From contig OY970166.1 in the NCBI GenBank assembly GCA_963706595.1, positions 576,001-640,000 of the forward strand: 64,000 bases of DNA, given 5' to 3'. The notes under the pieces were generated by a model. That model was not told the DNA's origin. It made no database searches and saw only the letters and a program-made list of their open reading frames with translations. This document shows, piece by piece, positions 56,685-64,000 of this stretch. The DNA comes from an uncultured cyanobacterium. Lineage in GTDB: Bacteria; Cyanobacteriota; Cyanobacteriia; Cyanobacteriales; Nostocaceae. Position numbers and translations under genes: made by a program. Every line of letters starts with the position of its first letter. The first letter of the stretch is position 1.

Positions 56685-56890
56685 ATGTTTCATGTTTCTA
56701 TTGTTATTCCAACTTTAAATGAACAAACCAGCTTGGGAAATTTTAGTGGTGGATGGTGGTAGCTGTGATCAAACCTTGGCGATCGCTCACAACAGCTTAG
56801 AATTATTCAATGGGACGGTAAATGTACAAATCCTCTCCTGTGCAGAACCTGGGCGTTCTATTCAAATGAATTACGGCGCATTAGCCGCAA
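56685..56890 (+). pseudogene. N-terminal remnant of a GT2 glycosyltransferase (TIGR04283-like)
   Basis: MFHVSIVIPTLNE, internal deletion/frameshift, then PAWEILVVDGGSCDQTLAIA...GRSIQMNYGA; truncated. Confidence 0.7.
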
Positions 56891-57084
56891 ACTGTGGCGA
56901 ATTGTGGAAAGACGATGAGCGGTAAGCGAAGCTATGCCGTTAGGCTTGTCGCAATTGTCGTTCGATTTTGGGTAATTATAGCTAAAGATGTCTGAATAGC
57001 TGCTTCCGTCTCATTATCCACCGCAGAGGTAGCTTCATCTAAAATCAAAATTGCTGGGTCTTTGAGAATAGCACGAGCGATCGC
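56885..57084 (-). pseudogene. Internal fragment of an ABC exporter ATPase domain
   Basis: [31 protein letters not shown]...RTTIA[insertion]AHRLSTIRH (Walker B, D-loop, H-loop). Confidence 0.8.
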
Positions 57085-57279
57085 TCTTGGCTAAAAGTCA
57101 TTTATTACTACCTTATCATCAACTTTTACGTTAAAATACAAGTTTTTTACTCAATATTTACACATATAAAATAAGACTACTTTTTATTAAACTAAGAAAG
57201 GCGATCGCCTCCCCCAATAGTATGCGATCGCCTGTCAGCGAATGACCGAATTAATTCGGTCATGATAAAATTTCATCTC

Positions 57280-57943
57280 TCACAACAATCCGCGATAATG
57301 AATAAAAACTAACATCACCGACCAGGAACCCAACGCCACCTTGACTGCAACCAGGATATTCAGCAAAGGAATCACCCCGCCACTGACAAGTGCGCCCAAC
57401 TCTCCGTGGGGTAACTCAAATCCTGCCAAAGTTATCACCGCCAGTACAATAAAAATCAGGTACTGAAACCTTTTCCCATCTAGCTGCATTCCAGCGCGTG
57501 TAAATCGCCTGCATCCACTCCGATGATGAGGTAATTGCAATCAGACCAATAGCCGTACCACCCGCTACCCCAGCCGCAAAACCACCGCCCGGACTCAAAT
57601 GACCCCTAATCGCCAGCTCAATCCCCACCAATGAGCAAATAGTCGCTCCCAGTCGCGCCAAAATCATGGATGGTTCATCTGTAAACTGATAAATAGTGCA
57701 GAACGGTCTTTCATCAGCCAGTAGAAAACGCGCACCCATGACCGCGATGGTAAATACTACTACTTCAAAGATAGTGTCATACAGCCGATTCCTGAGAATG
57801 ATACCCGTAACTGCATTAGGTACTCCACTATCTTCTACAACCGATTTGACGATAGAGACATCCGATAAATCCGGTGTTCGATTGGGCATGATCAGAAATA
57901 TCATGTAAAGCGCTATTCCGGCTGCAATGTAGACCCATTTCAT
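57280..57943 (-). CDS. mnhB: Mrp/Mnh Na+/H+ antiporter subunit B; frameshift at ~57460
   Basis: PNAVTGIILRNRLYDTIFE and GHLSPGGGFAAG. An extra C in GTA c CTG splits the ORF. Confidence 0.85.
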
Positions 57944-58569
57944 TAATGCTTCTCCCCTGATTCTGGTACATTTACATAGGTCAGTATTGTATCTGGTAAT
58001 AAAAGGTCGGTTTGCATGATGTCATAAATGCGTCGAACCCTAGTCTCGGTGTGATAGAGTTGCTTTTCCTCTCCACTGGTTGCGAGGTCTTGATCATTGT
58101 GTTCTGGCGATCGCCGGACACAAGTTGCATGGACTTCTTTATCCATCAGCGCCCGGTGCAAAGCCTGCATATTTGTGTAAGGGACTAACTCAAGACGCAT
58201 ATAGTATTTGCTAAAAATTGTGCGGAAATTATCCATCAGTTTCCCAAGATTGCCTGTGGCTATATCGTCTGGTAGAGAATTTTCATCTGCTTCCTCTAAC
58301 TCAGAGGACTCATCTTGAAGCACACCCAGACGCATCACCAGAGAAGAACGCACTGCGATCGCATAAAGCGTAATCCCCAGCAAAGTCCCCATTAATGCTT
58401 GAGTCAAAGCCACATCCGCCGCCCCCAAAACGGCAAATACCAATGTCGCCACAGCTCCCAGTATTCCCTGAACTACCAGGGCATTGTATGGATTGACCTG
58501 AATTACCAGCATTAATGCGGATAACGGCAACAAGGCGGTGATTATATACACATAACTATTATCATTCAT
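57943..58569 (-). CDS. Mrp/Mnh-associated DUF4040 membrane protein
   Basis: GAADVALTQALMGT motif; overlapping stop/start codons within the mnh cluster. Confidence 0.8.
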   Translation of the reverse strand: MNDNSYVYIITALLPLSALMLVIQVNPYNALVVQGILGAVATLVFAVLGAADVALTQALMGTLLGITLYAIAVRSSLVMRLGVLQDESSELEEADENSLPDDIATGNLGKLMDNFRTIFSKYYMRLELVPYTNMQALHRALMDKEVHATCVRRSPEHNDQDLATSGEEKQLYHTETRVRRIYDIMQTDLLLPDTILTYVNVPESGEKH

Positions 58570-58840
58570 GGCGATCATTGGGACTAGAACAATATGCCAA
58601 AACATAACCCAGCACTGTATTCCAGATAGCCAAAGAGATGATGCCCAGAAGGAGTAGCGGCCATTCACTGGGTATCTTCAGGAGTAACCCGATAACGATA
58701 CTCATGGAGCCGAGGGTATCTGCAACCGAAAGACTATGTAGTTTAAATAATACCGAGCGATGACCGAGTAGGGGTAAAGTTCCCCAAAACCAGAAGAAAA
58801 GACCTAAGCATAAGCAGGTATAACTCAACAAGTCAATCAT
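58562..58840 (-). CDS. mnhG: Mrp/Mnh antiporter subunit G
   Basis: KLHSLSVADTLG motif. Confidence 0.85.
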   Translation of the reverse strand: MIDLLSYTCLCLGLFFWFWGTLPLLGHRSVLFKLHSLSVADTLGSMSIVIGLLLKIPSEWPLLLLGIISLAIWNTVLGYVLAYCSSPNDRHE

Positions 58841-59088
58841 AAATCACTCATGCGTTTAAGTAGATGTGCCAATAACATTAATCCGGCATTACCCACACTG
58901 AGAATAATAATCCCGACAACACCAATCATCCAATCATCACGTAAGACAGATACCATCAGAATCATGATTGATGTTTTGGTGGCAATACTGGCAAAAGCCA
59001 ACATTTTTTGCCAAATATCATCATCTTGCCAAGCTTCATACATGGGTATGAGCAGGGCTAAAATCATGGCAAACAAGATCAGATTCAC
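58837..59088 (-). CDS. Mrp/Mnh antiporter subunit F-like
   Basis: 83-aa, three-TM protein lying between the E and G subunits with 4-nt overlaps. Confidence 0.75.
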   Translation of the reverse strand: MNLILFAMILALLIPMYEAWQDDDIWQKMLAFASIATKTSIMILMVSVLRDDWMIGVVGIIILSVGNAGLMLLAHLLKRMSDL

Positions 59089-59474
59089 ACTTTCCTCCTC
59101 CGTCTCACCAGGTGTACTTCATACAAGCCCCTTTCGTGGTATTTCAAGACAATCGTTTTGGGCGTAAAGGTAATCAGGAATATATCTAGGAATATGAGTC
59201 CAGGTGTACGTTGAGGTTTGACTCGTTCCATGATCACATCTTCGTGGTTATGGGGACGAAAGATGATTTCAAATGCCTCAATATAGGCCTGGGGAATGGC
59301 TACTATCACCTCTCCTAGTACACGTAACCAATCTCTTAATGCTTCCGGCACTTTTTGACGACCAGGTAATAGGAGGGCGACACTAACACCAATGATGATA
59401 TTTGCCCAACTCAAATCAGAGGTAAGCAAAAACCAAATAGTCAGTCGCAATATCAGATTTAGATGTCCAATCAT
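59085..59474 (-). CDS. mnhE: Mrp/Mnh antiporter subunit E
   Basis: ITFTPKT (variant of ITLTPGT) and YEVH. Confidence 0.85.
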   Translation of the reverse strand: MIGHLNLILRLTIWFLLTSDLSWANIIIGVSVALLLPGRQKVPEALRDWLRVLGEVIVAIPQAYIEAFEIIFRPHNHEDVIMERVKPQRTPGLIFLDIFLITFTPKTIVLKYHERGLYEVHLVRRRRKV

Positions 59475-60898
59475 GCTAATACCATCCCCAATAACAGGAG
59501 CAACATCAAACTCATCACCCCAATCAGATGCTCAAGTTGCTCAAGTACACGTGGTAATTTGACAACTAACCGTTGAAAAATTAAAAAATGTACCAACCAG
59601 CCAATACCGATGATTGCTAATGCTTTTATGATATTTGCCACAGTGTAAGCCTCATAGTAAAGACTACTTGCAGCAATCAGCGCCCCTAGTAATAGGATCA
59701 GTGGTGGCCAAAAACCAGGTTTGACATCCCTTCCTTGTCCATGAGGTAGAAAGATGAATTTGGCATAGACAATTGCAGTTCCTACAGCCCCAATATTCAT
59801 TAACATAACTTGCCAAGGAAGAACATTTTTCAGCGTCAGCATCTTAGCCCCAAAGCCAACCAGTAAGGGAAAACCCGATATTGAAAGACTACCCATGACA
59901 AGGGCAATCCACAGCGCATTATTAATTGGTTGATTTTGCAATTCCTTGAAGTCTCGACTGGGTAAGTTACCTGCAATCAGGAAAAGCGTTGATTTTGCCA
60001 GTCCGTGTCCCAAGGCATAAAAACCTGCTACCTCTGGTGCAATGAGTAGCCAGCCTAGCTGAGAAATAGTACTCAAGGCCAGCATTCGCTTAGTATCCTT
60101 TTCAAATAAGGCATAAATTACGCCCAGAAACGCTGTGGCTACTCCAAATATCCTGACAATGGGATCAATCTCTGGCACTAGCAAAGCACAGCGCACCAAG
60201 GGAAATACACCAGTTTTGACAACAACTCCTGATAGCATGGCCGACACAGGCGTTTCTGATTCGGAGTGAGTTAAGGGTAGCCACAATCCTGATACAAAGA
60301 TTCCCCCTTTTGTCAAGAGTCCGACAAAGATTAAGGCGATCGCCTCAGTAGGTGCTTTACTTAACCCAGAAAAAGCAAAAGAACCATTGGCCTGATAGAC
60401 CAAAACCGCGCCCACCAGATAAAACAGCATTGCTGTATTACTGACAAACATATAGCGCAAAGCTACCCAAATCGACCGATTGGTTCGGGTATAGGCAATC
60501 AAGAGAAACGCCGCAATCCCAATTACCTCTAACGCCACATATAAACTGATGAAATCCGCAGAGACAAAAGCGGCGTTAACGCTGCCATGCAAAATAGCAA
60601 TCTGTGTATAAAAGAAAGCCGTTTTATCAGTGCGCCAACAGTAGAGGATCACCGCAGTAGTTACCACTGCATTTGTGAATATAAAGTAACCACTTAATTG
60701 ATCAACTACCAAGGTGACACCGAAACTATCCAATAAATTTAGTGTCAACTGGGACTGGTTAAAAAATAACGACAACGCATATCCAGCCGAAACCAGCGCT
60801 ACACCCAAGGCGAGGTATCGGTCAAGTTTGGGAAGCAGATAAATAACGAATCCCAAAAACAACGGTAATGTGATCCATGCAATAGTAATGTTATTCAT
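59471..60898 (-). CDS. mnhD: Mrp/Mnh antiporter subunit D
   Basis: DFISLYVALEV, KGG...WLP, VSAMLSGVVVK, KRMLALSTISQLG. Confidence 0.88.
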   Translation of the reverse strand: MNNITIAWITLPLFLGFVIYLLPKLDRYLALGVALVSAGYALSLFFNQSQLTLNLLDSFGVTLVVDQLSGYFIFTNAVVTTAVILYCWRTDKTAFFYTQIAILHGSVNAAFVSADFISLYVALEVIGIAAFLLIAYTRTNRSIWVALRYMFVSNTAMLFYLVGAVLVYQANGSFAFSGLSKAPTEAIALIFVGLLTKGGIFVSGLWLPLTHSESETPVSAMLSGVVVKTGVFPLVRCALLVPEIDPIVRIFGVATAFLGVIYALFEKDTKRMLALSTISQLGWLLIAPEVAGFYALGHGLAKSTLFLIAGNLPSRDFKELQNQPINNALWIALVMGSLSISGFPLLVGFGAKMLTLKNVLPWQVMLMNIGAVGTAIVYAKFIFLPHGQGRDVKPGFWPPLILLLGALIAASSLYYEAYTVANIIKALAIIGIGWLVHFLIFQRLVVKLPRVLEQLEHLIGVMSLMLLLLLGMVLA

Positions 60899-61230
60899 GG
60901 CGTGTTATTTTTCTCAATCTCGTTGCTTTCCAAAGTGGGATTATCCCGTGCTAGCTTCATTACACCCACCAGCATTATGGCCTGAATCGAAAATCCGATC
61001 ACAATTGCCGTCAATATGACCGCTTGGGGAACTGGGTCAGCATACGCAGGATTTTCTCCATTGACAACAATCGGTGTAAAAAAGCCATTTCGTGATGCAA
61101 TCAGTACGTAATAGGCGATAACCCCTGTACTCATCACATCCATAGAGATGATCTTCATCACAAGGTTCTTTTTCAGGATGATGCCAAAAAATCCGCACAA
61201 TATTGTCGCGAATATATATGCTTCTAACAC
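60895..61230 (-). CDS. mnhC: Mrp/Mnh antiporter subunit C
   Basis: DPVPQAVILTAIVIG. Confidence 0.9.
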   Translation of the reverse strand: MLEAYIFATILCGFFGIILKKNLVMKIISMDVMSTGVIAYYVLIASRNGFFTPIVVNGENPAYADPVPQAVILTAIVIGFSIQAIMLVGVMKLARDNPTLESNEIEKNNTP

Positions 61231-61393
61231 GGGAATGACCTGTTGGGTAGTGGGATAAAATTAGCTATTAAAGCACGCTGGAAATAAACAGATTATTTAA
61301 AAGTCAAAAAGCCGATATGATCAGCTTTTTGACTTTTGATTTTTGACCCTTTGGCTAAACTCAGGGTAAACTTTTGACGAACGCCCTGCGGTG

Positions 61394-62782
61394 CTAGCCT
61401 ATTAAATTGGCTTTCTCTAAAGATTCTTTTTCTCCTGGCGATTGTTTAAATGCAAACCGTAATAAAGGCGGTGCTAAGAAGGTTGTCAAAATCACCATAA
61501 TAATGATCGCCGCTTGCAATGGTTTATCAAGAGTACCACTAGCTGCACCAATTCCTGCAAAGACTAAGCCAACTTCACCACGGGGAATCATCCCTGCACC
61601 AACTGCTAATCGGTTAATTTTAACTGGTCCGAAAACTGACCAACCTGTGACGACTTTACCGATAATCGCTACCACAATTAAGAAGGTAGCAATAATTAAG
61701 CCTTCTCGATTTTCTGGAATGAAAGGATTCAGAACACCTAAATCAACTTTCGCGCCCACTGTCACAAAGAAAACTGGAACTAAAATATCAGCGATGGGTT
61801 TCACCTGCTCATCTAGTTCTTTGCGTTTATCCGTTTCATCCAAAACCAAGCCAGCCGCAAATGCGCCTAAAATAGCTTCTAAATGAATGGCATTACCCAA
61901 AAATGCCATGAAAAAGGCAAAGATTAAAGCTGGGATAATTAAGTTTCCTCGCGTTTGCAATTTATTCGCAATGGCGACAAAACTCTGATTGAAATATTTA
62001 CCTAATAAAATCGCACCAACGAGAAAAACTGTAGCGCTGACAATTAGATAAATGACGTTTAAAATATCAACCTCACCAGTTTTAGCTAGACTCGCAACTA
62101 CTGCCAAGACAATGATGCCTAAGATGTCATCAATCACTGCTGCACCGACAATAATTTGCCCTTCGCGAGATTTCAATTGCCCAATTTCTGACAGAACTTT
62201 GGAGGTAATCCCAATACTAGTAGCTGTCAAGGCCGCACCTGCAAAAATCGCTGGAATTACTGGGACATGAAAGAGCAACATTAATCCTGTAGTCCCAGCC
62301 GCAAAAGGAACAGCAACCCCCACACAAGCAACAACTACCGCTTGTGAACCGACTTTCTGCAATTCTTTTAAGTCTGATTCTAGACCAATTTCAAATAACA
62401 GAATAATCACACCTAGTTCAGCGAGAACAGAAACGATTTCACTCTGGCTTTGAAAAATTGATGTTACTGCTTCGGGACTGATGTTGTTAATAAATTGCAG
62501 GATTGTCATAATGATGGAGTCTGAAGCGGCTGCACCACTTTCAGAAAAGACAACCAAATTTAGTGCCGAAGCACCTACTAACACGCCACCAAGTAACTCG
62601 CCTAAAACGGGAGGCAAGTCGATCATTTTAGACAATTCACCACCAATTTTACTGGCAAGATAAATGACTATTAAACTAAGTAATACACCAGCTAAGACAA
62701 TAGGGGCATTTTCGGCTTCGTTTGTAGTTGCGAGTAAAGGATTCTGCCACACGGAGTTAACTATTAATTCGGAGAAAATCAT
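61394..62782 (-). CDS. CPA2 cation:proton antiporter (NhaS3-like)
   Basis: FEIGLE, ATSIGIT, AAVIDD, GMIPRGEVGL. Confidence 0.92.
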   Translation of the reverse strand: MIFSELIVNSVWQNPLLATTNEAENAPIVLAGVLLSLIVIYLASKIGGELSKMIDLPPVLGELLGGVLVGASALNLVVFSESGAAASDSIIMTILQFINNISPEAVTSIFQSQSEIVSVLAELGVIILLFEIGLESDLKELQKVGSQAVVVACVGVAVPFAAGTTGLMLLFHVPVIPAIFAGAALTATSIGITSKVLSEIGQLKSREGQIIVGAAVIDDILGIIVLAVVASLAKTGEVDILNVIYLIVSATVFLVGAILLGKYFNQSFVAIANKLQTRGNLIIPALIFAFFMAFLGNAIHLEAILGAFAAGLVLDETDKRKELDEQVKPIADILVPVFFVTVGAKVDLGVLNPFIPENREGLIIATFLIVVAIIGKVVTGWSVFGPVKINRLAVGAGMIPRGEVGLVFAGIGAASGTLDKPLQAAIIIMVILTTFLAPPLLRFAFKQSPGEKESLEKANLIG

Positions 62783-62922
62783 GTTATCTGTCTGTTGTGT
62801 TGATGAATTCTGCGGTTAGATCAAGTCCTTGGAGAAATACAAAAGTAATTGTGAAATAGTGGGTAGTTACAGCAAGGATTTCAATTTTGACTTTTGACTT
62901 TTGCTATGCCTACCCTGCTTAA

Positions 62923-64000
62923 TTAAGTTTGATATCCGTAGGTATCAGGGTCACTGGCTGTGGAGCCATATTCACTAGTAGCAGCAACATTTCTACTGTG
63001 GGCAGAAAGATCAACTAAAGCCAAAGCTTGCGTAAGTGCCTCTGAACGATTCATAAAGAAATGATGTGAAGGTACGAATTTGTTAATGCCAAATTTTTCT
63101 AAGCGGCGTTTAACTTTGCCAGCTGCACCAACAACTAATATTTGACGACCTTGCTCATAAGCATCTTGGATAGCATTTTCAATTGCTAAAGAAGCCGTCA
63201 CACCCAACATGGGGACATCGCTAATATCTAAAATCAGCACATCAGAGTCTGCCATTGCTGCATGTTCACGCGCGATCGCTTTGGAAACTCCAAAGATCAT
63301 TGGTCCACTCAAGTAGAATAGTAGGACACGTCCATTAGCTTGATCAAGTAATTGCTTCTCTTCATCGTTCAAGATAATGGCATCATCCGCATCAGTAATC
63401 GTCTTCACATCCTGAGACTGTAATTGAGAAAGACGTTCGATAGTTAAGATGTTGGCAATGAAAACTCCCACGCCGACAGCAACAATCAAGTCAACGAATA
63501 CGGTTAAGAACATTACACCGTACATAATCAGCGCACCCTTCAGGGATACCTTATGAGCGCGTTGCAAAAAGCTCCAGTCGAGAATGTCAATCCCCACCTT
63601 AAGCGCAATACCAGCCAATACTGCCATTGGGATCGGTTGAGTTAAAACAGCAGCCCACAAAACTACAACCAGTAAAATCAAAGCCCGAGTCAGACCAGAT
63701 ACAGCCGTTCTCGCACCAGTCTGGATGTTAACTACGGTTCCCATAGTTGCACCAGCACCAGGGAGTCCACCACATAAACCAGATATGACGTTACCGATAC
63801 CTTGACCAATTAATTCCTTGTCAGATTTGTGTTCAGTACGAGTTAAACTATCTGCAATGACTGCTGTTAACAAGGTATCAATACAACCCAACATTCCCAA
63901 CATTGCTGCATTAACGAGCATCACCGTGATTTGTGATGCATTGAAGGTAGGTATTTGTAATGTTGGCAGTCCCATTGGGATTTCGCCAATCCGTCTGATG
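62923..64000 (-). CDS. bicA: SulP-family bicarbonate transporter, BicA-like (5' part outside the window)
   Basis: ELIGQGIGN, GAGATMGTVVNI and a C-terminal STAS domain (LSGPMIFG); upstream of nhaS3-mnh. Confidence 0.82.
   Translation of the reverse strand, partial: IRRIGEIPMGLPTLQIPTFNASQITVMLVNAAMLGMLGCIDTLLTAVIADSLTRTEHKSDKELIGQGIGNVISGLCGGLPGAGATMGTVVNIQTGARTAVSGLTRALILLVVVLWAAVLTQPIPMAVLAGIALKVGIDILDWSFLQRAHKVSLKGALIMYGVMFLTVFVDLIVAVGVGVFIANILTIERLSQLQSQDVKTITDADDAIILNDEEKQLLDQANGRVLLFYLSGPMIFGVSKAIAREHAAMADSDVLILDISDVPMLGVTASLAIENAIQDAYEQGRQILVVGAAGKVKRRLEKFGINKFVPSHHFFMNRSEALTQALALVDLSAHSRNVAATSEYGSTASDPDTYGYQT

Overview
AT-rich chromosomal window from a filamentous cyanobacterium, most likely Nostocales, judged from dozens of HIP1 GCGATCGC octamers, heptamer STRR arrays and psbB-psbT-rps1. 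It is mostly core genes: hisC, rps1, psbB/psbT, psbA (D1, Gln130 form), egtC-egtB-egtD, pyrD, glmU, iaaA, a DEAD-box helicase, tamB, and a SulP(BicA-like)-NhaS3-Mrp/Mnh cluster. Signalling genes include Crp + receiver, REC-degenerate GGDEF-EAL next to a DXCF cyanobacteriochrome kinase, a multi-GAF kinase-like protein and REC-HD-GYP. I see no tRNA, rRNA, CRISPR array, transposase or phage gene. Six otherwise intact genes (phoX, the CBCR kinase, the multi-GAF gene, psbA, tamB, mnhB) are split by single-base indels, mostly insertions, which probably are sequencing errors. I did not find one unmistakable new system. The best candidates are: (i) an unannotated ~65-nt sRNA with a Yfr1-like CUCCUCACAC anti-SD motif; (ii) a Crp/receiver module with a non-canonical palindromic operator at class II spacing; (iii) a light-to-c-di-GMP two-gene module; (iv) modular miniature elements that carry STRR arrays; (v) two gene graveyards holding arsenosugar-pathway remnants, one with a HIP1-bounded fragment. 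All family assignments come from motif recognition, not database searches.
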